From Octopus sinensis (Eukaryota): a stretch of DNA of 64,000 nt. Below, in pieces: positions 39,241-53,135 of this stretch (the stretch's first letter is position 1; every line of letters begins with the position of its first letter). The translations under genes and the position numbers were made by a program. The DNA lies in assembly GCF_006345805.1 (NCBI RefSeq), contig NC_043012.1:41788001-41852000 (forward strand), in the 5' to 3' direction. The notes below the pieces were generated by a model. That model was not told the DNA's origin and did not search any database. It saw nothing but the letters and a program-made list of their open reading frames with translations.

Positions 39241-40547
39241 TTAAACCTGTGTGCGTGTGCGTGTGTGTGAGTGTGTGCGAATTTTGAGTGATCAGGATGT
39301 GTTATATATTCTCTGGAACATTATAATCTTTGAGTTATCTTCAATTTGATTTTAGTTCCCAGAACTTTCGCTTCTGGAATGTGGACATAGTTTTTTTTTT
39401 CCTTTTTACCTCATGCACAAATGTGCAGTAAATAAGTTCACTTTGCCATCTTTTGACTCCAATTTTTCTCCAATCACGCGGCACTATAATCATGCATCCT
39501 CTGCTATCGTTTTGGATCAACCAATATTTTTTGAGTGACAGTGTGTAGACAGAAATTTTGTGGAATCCCAATGGGTAGAATGGTCATATGTTGAGTCGTA
39601 TACTTTATCCGTCGGCTGGTTTCACACCACCACCAGTTCGACGTCCACCGCGACCTACAATACCAACGCAACCACCACCACCATCCCCCACAACCATCCC
39701 CCCACCACCATCACTGCGGACAGTGCTACAACAAGCACGTCGTTCTTCGATGTCATTATCGGAATCCTACATTCTACTGGAAGTATTCGAGACCACTTTA
39801 CCGTTCTAAGAAGAACTCCATTCTTACACCTCACTCCACCAACCGTCACTACAGTGGGCGGTCATGTGTAAGGGTAGAAGGAGCAGTCCTTCCTTTCCTG
39901 AATATGACATTTAAAATTTAGTTTGTTTTTTCTAACTTGAGCATAGGGCCAAAAGTTTGTTGGCGATGAAGTAGGTGATTAAAAAGACCCTAGCACTTTA
40001 TTTGTTCTTTGTTTTTTTAAAAATATTTTAACAAAGCCGAAAGGCAAAGGGGATACCGGTAGGATTTGAACTCGAGATGTAAAGAGTCTGAAGAAATACA
40101 GCAAGGCATTTTGTCCGACATTTGAAGGAGAACGCAAATCCACTGCTCTAATTCTGATTTATTTTCTAAACGATATTAACGACAATATTGTATGAGGTTG
40201 ATGCCAGTTGATTGACTTCTCTCAGACCAATATATCTTAGTGACTAATTCGATTCCGCCATGCGCTTCCTTCAGTTTCAAAAAGCAAAGTGAGAGGGGTT
40301 TTTCTTTTATTTTTAATAAACATATTTACAGAAAGAAATTATATTTCATTGAAAGATGGAATTCTTATGATTCTGCTCCTTTTAAAATCCTTGGTTGTAA
40401 AACTGTTTCCTTTATTACAATCTATTTCGTTAAATATATATTGGACAGAATGTCACACGGCTTTTTATTTTCTGCCTGTTGTGTAATCTCTCTTTGACTT
40501 CTTGTTTTTAGTCTTAATTAAAGAAAATCTCTTTGAAGAATACTCAC

Positions 40548-40573
40548 CCACTCTTTCTATACACAACAGCCAT
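40548..40573 (-). other. Candidate short first coding exon (MAVVYRKS-G)
   Basis: Minus-strand aatATGG in good Kozak context followed 26 nt later by a GTGAGT donor, in repeat-free DNA; no downstream exon identified. Confidence 0.2.
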
Positions 40574-40965
40574 ATTGTGCGGATATCTACGCAGCTCTTA
40601 TTGAACTTCGAATTGATTTAACAATATCTATACTGTCTCTGATTTCTCCTGGATTCTTTCTTCGTCACCCCGCACACCCATCACATAAAATTCACGCGCA
40701 CAAATCGTAAAAAAAAGAACATTAAAAACACACACACACACAAAAAGAGGAATAAAAGCAGTAAAAAACGAGAAAAGTGAACAGGACAAGTAGAACCAGA
40801 AACAAAATGGCGCTATGACATCATAAAGTTATGATTATGTGACTCGACTGACTCACCTGCTTCATGCAGAAACATAATAGCATGGTAGTCGCCAACCTTA
40901 AACAAATTTAGTTAATAAAGACACTAACAAATATAATACTGAATACACACACACACACACACACA

Positions 40966-41033
<68 letters not shown>

Positions 41034-41940
41034 GTATATATATATATATATAAAGAAATGAGAATAAAACTGAAGAACTTGAAGCCAATTGTTTGTAATA
41101 TTTAGTTTAGAAAAATAGATGAAGGTCGTGACACTGGAGGAGTGAATTTCTATTAGCAGTTATCAGGTTATGTTGTTGCTGTTGTAGTTGCTGTTGATCA
41201 ACACCAGGTCAGTCCAGATGTACAATATTACAGACTTAGCATCGGCGGCCTTTTATTCCTAATACATCTAGAAGTACTAGAACACTATTTAACATCGACT
41301 TCCTCCCTCCATTTCCCTCTCTGGTTGCTATTTTTGCTGCTCATGATGTTGAAGTCGATTAAGATGATGGGAGTGGTGGTGGTGGTGGTGGTGTTCTTGT
41401 TGACGATGATGTTGTTATCGTTGTCGTTGTTGCGATTCTGTTATTGTTACTGCTGCCGCAGTTATTGTTGTTGTTGATGATGATGATGATGATGAGAATG
41501 ATGTTGATGATGATGAAAGAATCAATATATTGTGAAGCGACCGTACCTGTGTTGTATATTAAGTGGATCCACCAAGAGAAAAGAAGACATGAGTTGTAAC
41601 CGATCATATTTAGACAAAATATGAAAGATATTTATTTCCGTCGATCCAATTCCACAAACAATGTTTGGGTCGACCAGAAGCTATAGCAGATGTTTGCCCC
41701 AAACGCAGTTGACTGGGATCGAACCTAACTATATATGATTTCAAAGCAGACTTCTTAACCAATCCACCATGCCCTTGTGCAATGAGAAAAACATTTACAA
41801 GATCAATAATAGTCACTGCAGCAACTGCAGCACCAATAACAACAACGGGAGAAAACAATCACTCTATACATACTTCAATACAAAGAAATATACATAGATA
41901 TGTGTATACATACACATACAGGCATACACACATGCATATA

Positions 41941-42180
41941 TACTCTCTTTACTCTTTTGCTTGTTTCAGTCATTTGACTGCGGCCATTCTGGAGCACCAC
42001 CTTTTAGTCGAGCAAATCGACCCCATGACTTATTCTTTGTAAGCTTAGTACATATTCTATCGGTCTCTTTTGCCGAACCGCTAAGTTACGGGGACGTAAA
42101 CACACCAGCATCGGTTATCAAGCAATGTTGGGGGGATAGACACATAAACATAAACATACACACACACACACACATACATG

Positions 42181-42216
<36 letters not shown>

Positions 42217-42379
42217 ACATATATATATATATATATACGACGGGCTTCTTTCAGTTTCCGTCTACCAAATCCACTCACAAGGTTTTGGTCGGCCCAAGGC
42301 TATAGTAGAAGACACTTGCCCAAAGTGCCATGCAGTGGGACTGAACCCGGAACCATGTGGTTGGTAAGCAAGCTACTTA

Positions 42380-42382
<3 letters not shown>
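41941..42382 (-). mobile_element. Near full-length octopus-type tRNA-derived SINE with internal microsatellite
   Basis: Head, body, internal (TG/TA)n, and tail ...gactgaaacaagcaaaagagtaaagagagta. Confidence 0.9.
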
Positions 42383-42428
<46 letters not shown>

Positions 42429-42675
42429 CATGCAGGTATAAGTTAGAGGCGTTTATAGCCTCTAAGGGATAGCTATATCCAAAGGCACTCCTGGTAATTA
42501 CCTCAGTAGGCATAGTCCTTGGTATAAGGTATACAGCAGCAGGTAATTTAGCGGGAAAACCGTAGTTTAATTAATATAGACGAGAAGAAAATGGAGGAAA
42601 AATAACAAAAAGAAGAGTGTCCTTTGTGCTAGAAAGTCATTATTTAATTAGTTAAGAAAGATGAGAGTGAGATTG

Positions 42676-42761
42676 AGTCTACGATCGTTTCTGTGTACCA
42701 TGGTGGGGAAAATATATATTCATATTTTGCCTCGTTGCCAATGGTAGACATCATCAGAACT
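42676..42761 (-). ncRNA. Type-I hammerhead ribozyme motif (GUA site)
   Basis: AGTT-CTGATGA-TGT c TACCAT...ATGGTA c ACA-GAAA-CGATCG-TA-GACT. Confidence 0.8.
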
Positions 42762-42808
42762 AGGAAGACACACTTTTTGTGTTAGTTTTCCTCTATTTTC
42801 GTCTCGTT

Positions 42809-42902
<94 letters not shown>

Positions 42903-43019
42903 TATATATATAGATATATATATATATATTTATTTATATAAAACTTACTTGGAAAAGCATGAGTGGCGTTCAATCATATAAGAATATAAATAATATATAT
43001 ATGCATATATACTACGAAT

Positions 43020-43380
43020 ATTTACATGCTTGCATCTATACGTATATACATATGCATATGCGGGCACAAGACATCACGGAACTTAAACATTAAAAAAACG
43101 AAAACATGAGATACGGAATACAAATACATGGAATATGAACTGTTTTTTGCAACAACGAAAGAAAACAAGACAAGTAACATAACGAACGACCCTTTATCAG
43201 TTGTCGGCTGTTTTTCTAATCCATATTTCGAGCAATTCAACAAGATACGCCTTCGATAAAACAGTTGCTCCTGCAAAGCAAATTAAATAAAATTCGAGAT
43301 TTTGCGGGGGGTCAAAATTGGTAACAAAAACAGGGCAGTGAAAACAAACAAGAAGGGCTATTAAGTCTATACGAGGTGAG
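43020..43380. repeat. Dispersed repeat homologous to 31670-32020
   Basis: Shared cagttgtcggctgtttt...gtatttcgagcaattc...caagatacgccttc...aaagcaaattaaataaaatt. Confidence 0.8.
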
Positions 43381-43689
43381 GTGGCGAACGCAAAGATTTC
43401 ACTTCCTTTCTCTAATTCTTTTTATCCCCCCTTCAACCCTTCTTGTTTTTTTCTCTCTTGTCCTTTTTCTAATCTTTTTCATCTCCCTTTCACCATTCTC
43501 TGTCTGTCACTCTCTCTCTACCTCACTCTTCTTCCTTTGCTCTCTCGTGGATCCCACGTAACCATCAGCCATCTTTCTTTTCCAAACTTGTGTTTCTTTC
43601 TTTCTGATTCAGCTGGATTAATCAGACGCATTCTTTTCTGTCTCTTGTCCAAGCTCGCTTCTTCCGACAATGATACAAGGCTCCATCTT

Positions 43690-44520
43690 TGTTATGTAGT
43701 CAACACAGACAAATTCACATTTGAGAAAAGTCTTGCATATTTTTACTGTTCAACTCACAGATTTGTAATGTACAAATTAGCCGGTCGATTTCTCTTTCTG
43801 AAAATCCCAGTTTATCCAGATTCTCCTTTAGGCATTTACTAACAAAGCCTAGTCCTCTAATTATTATTTGTATGAATATGAATTCATATTCTCGATATAG
43901 AAGCTGGAGATTTCGAAGCAGTTGTCCATAGATATCCTCTTTTTCTTTGATTTTCGATGGTACATACCTTTGCCCCTCTGTCCCAAACAAAAATATCCGG
44001 CCTGTTATGCTTACATTTGACAGAAGTTCTGATGGGAATATTCCACCAATATTCCTTGAGTTAGTCTTTATGAATGTATTCCATAACAGGGATTTTCTAA
44101 GTTTATTTCAGGACAGTCTATTTTGCAGATGGCATTGTACATTGTTATAGCAACAACATCGTGCCGCATAAGGAGGTAGTACTGTGACGACATTTTAGGA
44201 CAACTGCTAATCACATGCTTAATGTTATCCATAGAAACAAGACATTGCAAAAAACAGTTCATTGGGATTACAAGAGTGTCACTGTCTCTCTTGTTCACCA
44301 GGGACTTTGTGGCTATCTCCTGTTCCTGCATTGCAAATGCATACCCTTTAAAGTGTGTGTGTGTGTATGTATGTATGTATGTATGTATGTATATATGTAT
44401 GTATGTATGTATGTATGTGCGTGTGTGTGTTTCAAAGTTACTGCGTCCAGAATCGTTAGTATATAGATTACAATTGATCGTGGTCGAGTCATGCTGTCCT
44501 TCATGTGAAACATCTAGCAA
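43690..44520 (-). mobile_element. Decayed RLE LINE C-terminus interrupted by (TATG)n
   Basis: FLQC...NIKHVISSCP...LMRHDVVA; FIQIIIRGLG...KLGFSEREIDRLI. Confidence 0.7.
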
Positions 44521-45172
44521 GTTATGTCTTCAAACTTGTCGAGTGGTTTTCGCTTTTGTCTTCATTTTTGCGAGGTTTTGGGAGATTGCAGGACGCGTGT
44601 GCTAATATTATATATATGTCGACCTTCTCCGCCCGCTATTGCTGTGAGCGTCGTGAGAGTAGTGTCCTCGGGTGGCTCCTCCACAGCAGGGTCTCGTCAG
44701 AAGCAACCGCCATTAAACTTTCTGGCTGGATTCTTAAACGTGACTAAATGAGACTTTGGATATTATTCAACCATTTCGTTCTTCATCTACTCCCGAGGTT
44801 TCCTGCCCGTTGGCTCGGCTTGAAGAATCTGTCTTGTGACTTTTTCTTGCAACATCCTGTTCATGTGTCTGTAGTACAGGAGTTGTAAGCTCTTAATACA
44901 GAGAAGTAATGGGTTTACCTAGAGAAACACTTTGATCTTCGAGCACGTTACTCCAGTGATTCTTCGTAGGAACCCCCATTTTGGGCCACTTGTGTTCCCA
45001 AATGTACTCTTTCTGTCATTACACAACATTTATGTCCACAGGTAAGGTGAAGCACGAAAACCGAATTAAAGATATGCGACATGAGTTTTTTTGCCAATCT
45101 CTTCACTTTTGAGACTGAATGCTGAAGCGGGCGCCTTACTCTGTGTGTGTGTGTGTATGTGTACGCGCGTAC

Positions 45173-45243
<71 letters not shown>

Positions 45244-45533
45244 AAGCTAGAAACTCTTCAGAATTATTCTGGAGCCTGAGTTTCGAGCATAACATTTCTC
45301 AAACTTATACAGGAAATTCGAAACTCCCGAGTAACTTCTAAAATATCTTCAACAACAACAACAACAACAATAATAATAGTTTCAAATCTTGGCGTAAGTT
45401 CAGCAATTTTAAGGAACGAGCAAGTCGAAGATGTCGACCCCAGTACTTGACTGGTACTGTATTTTATCGATCAAAATTGGATGAAAGCCAAAGTTGATCT
45501 CGGTGGTATTTACACTCAGAATATGTATATATA

Positions 45534-45605
<72 letters not shown>

Positions 45606-45989
45606 ATAGATGATAGATAGTTAGATAAATAGATACATGCATACATATACGTACATACATACACATTATATCACATTATATGTATTAGAATGGAAGAATA
45701 GTGTTTAGGACAACAAACAAACAAAAAAGAATCTGTTCGGTCTCCACTCAAATGTGAAACTTCATGAATTATGCAGAACTGATTGTCGCTGTTCCTCTTG
45801 TGGTCGTAGTTATTGCTTTGTTGCTGGCCTGTACCATTCTTGCTGTGCTTTGTCTATTCTTTTCTGTTTTTTTTTGTTTGTTCACTTTGTTCACTTCTCT
45901 GTTCGTTGTTCGTTGGTATTCCTCGCATTATAATTTAATTACCATTAAAATAGTACAACTTATCATGTATGTCGCTGTTGTTATTATTA

Positions 45990-46042
<53 letters not shown>

Positions 46043-46504
46043 ATAATAAAAGGAATCGTTTTTTTTCTATTTTGTTGTTGTTATTTATGGTATTCTTTGT
46101 ATTTGTTGTTGATACTTTTATTATTATAATTCTTGTAAATCGTAATTTGACCGCGAAAACCTTGATTCTAACAATAACAATGAATTAGTATTTACTTTCT
46201 ATGGAAAGATGAATGATAAAAATAACAAAACAAAACATTCAGATAAAATAATCGTTGAACGATTCTGAATGTTAATTAAAATTATGATTATAATTTTAAT
46301 TATAATTACAATTACACGTTAGATAATGTGTCGTGAAAATTTTTGCTTTCAGCTTTCTTTAGAATTTAGGAACATTCTGAAGGAAGACGCTTAAAATGAT
46401 GTCTGCGAATGTCTGCAACACAAAAATTCTTTATGAAGTGGAAGAAACAAAGAATGATAGAATAAAAGAATGGAAGAATAGAATATAGAAAGCGAGCTAG
46501 AAGC

Positions 46505-46539
<35 letters not shown>

Positions 46540-46647
46540 AAGAGAGAGTGCGAAAGTGATTTAAAGAGAATGAGAAAAAAGAAAGAGTGTGATTGAGAGA
46601 GACAGAAAAGAGAGAAATAAGAAAAAAGAAACAAAGAAACAGAGAGA

Positions 46648-46702
<55 letters not shown>

Positions 46703-47216
46703 AGTGTGGGGTGTGATTGAGACAGTGGAAAGCCTCAAAGTCTTTTAGAAAACTTGGTATAACATTTCTCGTTGGAATCTCTGTGAATAATATCTGTTGA
46801 AGAAGAGGATCTTTACCCAAAGGAATTTTACCAAAGGGATAATTTTAACCAATTCTTGGAACCGTTCATTTATCACATCCTCTATGGATTTTCATTACAC
46901 TTTATTCTTTCATTATCCTATTATTGATTTCAAATTGATCTGACATCTGTTGCAAATACAAACAACGAACGTCCAAATATTTCACTACATGTCTGCAAAT
47001 ATGATCAGAGACATTACCAGTTCCACGCTACACTATCACTATTCGCCCCAAGATTCACTTTAAGGTGAAACACAATAAAAGAAAACAAAAATAATCAATA
47101 AAAATAAAACAAAAAACAAACGATGAAGACGTTTTTAGTTCCTCTAAAAAAAGGTCAGTAAGTGTTATGTTCGTTTTTCTTCTTCACCCCTTTATTTGTG
47201 AGAATTTTATTTTAGT

Positions 47217-47489
47217 TATTCTATCGGTCTATTTTGCTGAACCACTAATTTACGGGAACGTAAACACACCAAACATCGGTTGTCAAGCGGTGTTGGGGGA
47301 CAAACACAGTGACACAAATGCACACATATATGTACTACGGGCTTCTTTCAGTTTCCGTCTACCAAATCCACTCACAAGGCTTTGGTCGGCCCGACGCTAT
47401 AGTGGAAGAGAATTGCCCAAGGTGCCACGCAGAGGGACTGAACTCGGATCCATGTGGTTGGGAAGCAAGCTTCTTACCACACAGCCACT
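47217..47489 (-). mobile_element. Octopus-type tRNA-derived SINE
   Basis: Same body and head as 41941-42382. Confidence 0.85.
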
Positions 47490-48670
47490 AGTTTGTATTT
47501 TACGAAATTCTTCATCATGGCATTTGCGTTATTCCTGAATTTTCCCGAAACAATAATTCGTTACGAGAGGTTTGTTTCTCGATAAGGTTTTCCAAATTTA
47601 TTATTTATCGTCAAAGTTTCTGTAGAATTGTCGAAAATTCTTACTTACTCTCTCTCTCTCTTCCTCTTATACTGCCTCTCTCTTTTTCTCTGATACTGCC
47701 TCTCTCTCTCCCTCTTTCTCTGTCACACACACACACACACATACACACATATATATAACTGCTTAGATTATAATTTTATTAATATATAATTAGAATGTTC
47801 TTTTACCTCAATACTTCTTTATTAATAACAGTATATAACAATTAATCAATATTCACAGATACCATCAGATGAGTTAGTATTTAAGTGTACAAGATGTATA
47901 AATATTAAATTATTTCTGGATAATTTCTTTTCCTCCCTCTATTGTGGAAAAAGTTTGGTGTATACTCAAAAGTATTCATCAATTTCTATCCTTTTGTTAA
48001 AATATTCTTCTTAATAATCCTCTGAATAGCCCTAAACTTTAACTGTATACAATATAGCAACATTGCTTAAAATATTTAACTATAGTACTATATGATAAGA
48101 CTGCCCCTGTTCCATTATCAATGGTCTGCTAGTGGGCGACTCCCTTAATTGACAGCTAACATCTTGTTTTAAGTTTTCCTTTACCAAACCACATAATATT
48201 GCTTCTAATAAATCTTGATTTTTATGACTATACCAACTATGATTTCTGTCTGTTCCTTCAGCCCTACCCCTAACAGATACTGCCCGTTTGTTCTCTCAGC
48301 CTTAGATATACAAGGGTTTTGATAAACTAGTCTATAAATTAAAACTGACCCCATAAAAACAAAAAAATCAGTGAGAGGCAGAGTCTGTAACGATGTATAT
48401 CTTCGTGATATCTTAGTAGCTTCTATGTTGGAGTGAAGGCAGCATGTTCTTTGTCTATATCCTTAACTTCTCGGAGATTTTAGGTATAATTATACTAATA
48501 TGTCCAACTGTTCTAATTTAATTAAATTCTATGTATTTGTGCAGCTGAGGATTGCTCTGCATTTTAAATTGATGCAATGATTGAATTGTTCAATTAAATG
48601 GAGTTGCATGGAATGATTGTACTGCATTACCACTGATATCCTTGTTGCTTATTTTGATTTTATATATATA

Positions 48671-49176
48671 CTAGCAGTATCGCCCGGCGTTGCTCGGGTT
48701 TGTAAGGGAAATAACTATATAAGCATTTTTAGAGAGTTACTTCCCTTATAAATTCGGGCTTTCTTAGCCATTTTTGTTTTGGTGTCTTCAAGCCATGAAG
48801 TCGTTGTTCTAAAAGAACGCTGGTTTCCTTCACAACGCATTACGACGTTGATTTCTTTACACTCTCTTCCCCACAGCTTCACGAGGGAGGGAAGGGGGAG
48901 AAGCAAACAGGTGCAGCTGTGAGCGTGGACGCCAACTCCGCCGCCATCGACACACGATGCATTTTATGCATTAAAATGGAATAAAAAATGATGTTAAATT
49001 ATTTTTAAAATCGTAGACTCATCGTTGACGCGCGCTAATAGTCAGACGGGCTCGATATGAATCACGACTATAAGATATCCGAATTTGGTTAAACTGCACC
49101 GCAAAATGTGGGAGGAGTTAGGAATCTAAATCGAAGGGGACAGACACTCACACAACTAGAGTTTTATATATATAGA
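48671..49176 (-). mobile_element. Non-autonomous Helitron (~506 bp)
   Basis: Minus strand begins A|TC(tatatatataaaac) and ends with hairpin cccgagcaacgccggg + 8 nt + CTAG|T. Confidence 0.8.
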
Positions 49177-49724
49177 TATATATATATATATATATCTTAG
49201 TTTCCCTGTGTATTTATGTATTTGAATGTATGCATGTATGTATGTATGTATGAATGTATGTATGTATGTATGTATGTATGTACCTGGTATTTCAATATTT
49301 TAAGCTTAGGACTCTTTCCTTATGAAATCTTAAATCTAAATCTTTGTCTAAATTTTATTTATAAAAGTTATTATTTGCTGACTTCTCTGATAACCTTTAT
49401 CAAAAATTTTCAAAAGGAACACATAAGAATGTTCTGTGCTTCTAAGAATTAGATATGTTTGATTATAAAACAATCACTTTTTCGTCTGAGTATTAGGTTA
49501 TTGGGTGTGTAGCATAGGAAACTTCGAGGTTTCAAATTTTAGAGTTTTATATAGACGCTTACTTTAAAATCAGTACATGAAGAGTCTGTTGATTCCAATA
49601 TATTTAGATGCTTAAATTATACATATATTAATAGCTCTATCTCAAGCTATCGTGCACTCCCGTTTTCTTGATTGATATACAAAAAAAGGGACAGGGTATA
49701 TGTTGCATGACTTAATTACACACG

Positions 49725-49785
<61 letters not shown>

Positions 49786-50689
49786 AGTTCGTCAAATAGT
49801 TACATAAATATATATGTGTATATATATGTGTGTGTGTATCTGTATTCGTATGTGTGTGTGTGTATGTAACTGGTTCTATTTCTGGAAGAGACTGCATAGA
49901 GCCTAGTGATTCAAGTATTTGACTCATCCTCATAAAGTCGCGAGTTCAATTCGTGTGCAGGGCGGAGTGTTGCATCCATTAGCAAATCACTTCATTCCCA
50001 ATTGTTTTAATCAACTCATATGTGTTGTGTACCAGCTACAATTCTAGTATGGCCTTTTTTCCTTTAGCTGTCACATCTGGTTTCAGAGTGTAAATGCCAA
50101 GGCGGTATCTGTGTCTGCTCGCAATCACACAGGGACCTATAATAACCAGCGAGAGCATGGTACACAGCCATATTCGCTTGCCAGTGACAGTTGGCTGTTT
50201 AGTTTATCTTTCATCTCTTGTTACAGTCATTAGACTGCGGCCATGCTAGGGTACCGCCTTGAAGGGTTTAGTAAAAAAAATCGACCCCAAAGCTTTTTTT
50301 TTTAAGAAGTTTGTTATTTGTTTTATTTGTATCTTTTGACAAATCGTAAATTATGAGGACGTTAGCAAACCAACACCAGTTATCAAGCGGCGGGGGATAC
50401 AAAACACAAGCACAAAGACACACACACACATCAATGTGTGTGTGTGTGTGTGGATACACTTGCATTGGTATAGTGAATGTGTAGTCTACTTCAGTACGTT
50501 ACTTCATTTTCTGTTCCTATATATGCGTGTGTGTGTGCAATATGTGTGTGTGTAATGTGAGTGTGTGTGTGCAATGTATGTGTGTGTGTGTGTGAGTAAT
50601 GTTTCTGTGTGTGTGCGTGCGTGCGTGCGTGCGTATGTGTATGTGCTTTTGTGAGTGTGCATGTGATTCGATGTATGTGTTTAAGCCCG

Positions 50690-51900
50690 GAAGGCGTTTT
50701 ATAAATTTTATGTCTGCTTCTAATAAGCAGTTGTATCTGGAGAATGCGAATCTGTCTGCTCTTTATTTGTTTTGGAGAACCCAAGCAATTCTGACTTTCT
50801 GTACATATCTGTCATTATGTAACAGTATATCTATGGCAATAGAAATTCATGAAGATTAAACTCTATAGCCTAGATTTAAGAGCTGTTGGTTTCTCTTAAG
50901 TTCTGTATAGATGTTCACATTTTTCGCAACTTTGACGAGACTTTCACGTCGGCCAGGCAGTGATGTTTACAACAATATATGACTTTTGTCCTCTTCTTAT
51001 GCAACAATATCTGGGTTCTTATGTTTACACCGAGTTGCTAGTGTTATTGAAATGTTGTCCCGGAAAATTCCTGCTGTTCAGAAATATTCCAGGCAGATTT
51101 TGTTTAGGATTACAGTAGTTGCTTCAGTTCTTCCCGATAGCTCTGTGGACCATGCTGTCAGCCTATTGATGGCATCGATTATAGCATTTGGGGCCTCGGA
51201 AAGGTGTAGTGATTCAATTATCCATGAGTGAGGAATGGAGTCAAAATTCTTTTCGACTTACAGTCAGCAAGTTTTGCTGTTACTTCATCGTTGATGAAGA
51301 ATTGTTCGACACAGCACTTGATTTCATTCCTCCTGCCTGTCCTTTAGTTACCACATTGTGTACTTCGTAGGAGTTCTGGGGGAATTCATTTAAGCAACCT
51401 ATGTGTAACATACATCAAATGACAGAGACTTGTGTTCCCTGCCACCCGCTTTTTAGTCACAAGTGTGGTATGTGCAACTGTTAGCCAGTTTAGCACATCA
51501 AGCTCAATGTTCATTGTTCTTTTCAACATGTTAACGATGGTTGTCCTGTAAAAGATGATCTTTTTATACGAATAACCGATTATCGTGTCTCTCACATGTG
51601 ATTTTCTGTTCGGCAGTTTTGCGAACACATTCAGGAGAGTTTCACTGTTGACATGACAACTTTTGTAGAAACGTTTACACAGTACTTACTCCGTAGGTCG
51701 TCTAACCACATTGCCCAAGGGCTGTGTTGTTTGCTTACATTCCAGACACCTCACCAAAATAACTACATTATCCGGAGAGCGATTTTTACGACCTTCTTGA
51801 TGTAGTCTTTTATACCATTTGTAGAGAAAATCTTGCTTTTCATTGTAGTCATTTTTGATGGTTACTAAGTTTTTACATACCACATGTGGTCGTATTTAAG
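50690..51900 (-). mobile_element. Decayed R4/Dong-like LINE RT region
   Basis: NWLTVAHTTLVTK, AGIFRDN (GIFQGD relic), KSHIVVNITAWP in broken frames. Confidence 0.6.
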
Positions 51901-52155
51901 AGCGATCAATTTACCCGTTAGGGGCTCTTGTCTATTTTTAACATAGGACTTAGACAATCTATCATAAAGTTGCGGATCGATATATTCCTATCAACTCGTG
52001 GGGGAAAACATTCTCTCATGTAATTGTTTACAAATGAAGATATTGACATTTTGTTTCCAACTCTCAATTAGCTGTGCTACTTCGGTTGTTTTTATTCTTC
52101 CCTCATGTTTCTTGTTTGTTCATAATCAGTTACCTTTCGCTCGTGTGATGGCACC

Positions 52156-52202
52156 ATGTGACAATAGGAATAACATTGAGGATGTTATTCCTATTGTCAC
52201 AT
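52156..52202. repeat. Perfect 21-bp hairpin with 5-nt loop
   Basis: atgtgacaataggaataacat-tgagg-atgttattcctattgtcacat. Confidence 0.95.
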
Positions 52203-52371
52203 TCGGTCTCACTGCGTATTGTCTACGGTATTTTACGGTTTCCATCCGTAAAACATCCACTGATCCGGTCTGGTTTATCTTATGTCTGGTGTTGGTTTCG
52301 GAACAGAACAAACTATTTTTCTCGAGAGAATTGCACGTCTCGAAACAGTGAGTGTATTTTAAAAGGGTAAA

Positions 52372-52610
52372 GACCCCCTTCGGTCATGAATGACCATGGG
52401 ATTACACCTAGAAAGTTACCCTCCTAGACACAAGTCCGGGCAAGGTTGTTTTATGGAAGACCAGCAGTCGCCCATGCATACCAGCCTCCCCTCTCCACAC
52501 CACTGATGTTATCCAAGGGAAAGGCAACAGCAGATGCAGCTTGGCACGACGTCGCAACTCATTTCTACAGCTGAGTGAACTGGAGCAACGTGAAATAAAA
52601 CTCGGTCATT
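52372..52610 (-). mobile_element. Second SINE family (conserved core plus distinct 3' tail)
   Basis: ctccagttcactcagctgtagaaatgag core; tail ...cccatggtcattcatgaccgaaggggtctttaccc. Confidence 0.6.
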
Positions 52611-52916
52611 CGTATGTATGTATGTATGTATGTATGTATGTATGTATGTATGTATGTATGTATGTATGTATGTATGTATGTATGCATGCATGTATGCATG
52701 TATGCATGTATGTATGCATGCATGTATGTATGTATGTATGTATGCATGTATGTATGCATGTATGTATGTATGTATGCATACACAGACACAACATACACAA
52801 CTCTTTCTCACACACAAAGGTTAGCAACCTACTCATTAACAACCCTGCCCCGAGGACAACTAACAATTGATTGACAACTTGTGTACATATATATATATAT
52901 ATAGATACATATATAG

Positions 52917-53135
52917 TCAATGAAGGAAACAGAAGATGGATTTAGTACGAATCTTTATTCATCGCAACGATCGTTTCGGTACGTCCTGCAGCTGTCCCCT
53001 AGGGGTAGGGTATTGTGCAACACAACTAGATGCACAGTATCCTATCCCTAAAGGACAGCTGCTAGATGGGTCGAAATGATCGTTGCGCTGACTGAAGCTT
53101 CGTATTAAATCCATCTTCCGTTTCCTTCATCAACG
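52917..53135. repeat. Diverged ~100-bp-arm inverted repeat
   Basis: tgaaggaaacagaagatggatttagtacgaa... versus ...ttcgtattaaatccatcttccgtttccttca. Confidence 0.8.

Noticed and set aside
39560-39920. Coding exon in CCA-rich unique DNA
   Set aside because: All three frames are open because of low complexity; no recognisable domain or confident splice pair.
45764-46129. Membrane-protein ORF
   Set aside because: Hydrophobicity comes from T-rich low complexity and a (TTA)n run.
47900-48660. Assignable LINE
   Set aside because: Faint RT-like remnants only; clade cannot be supported.
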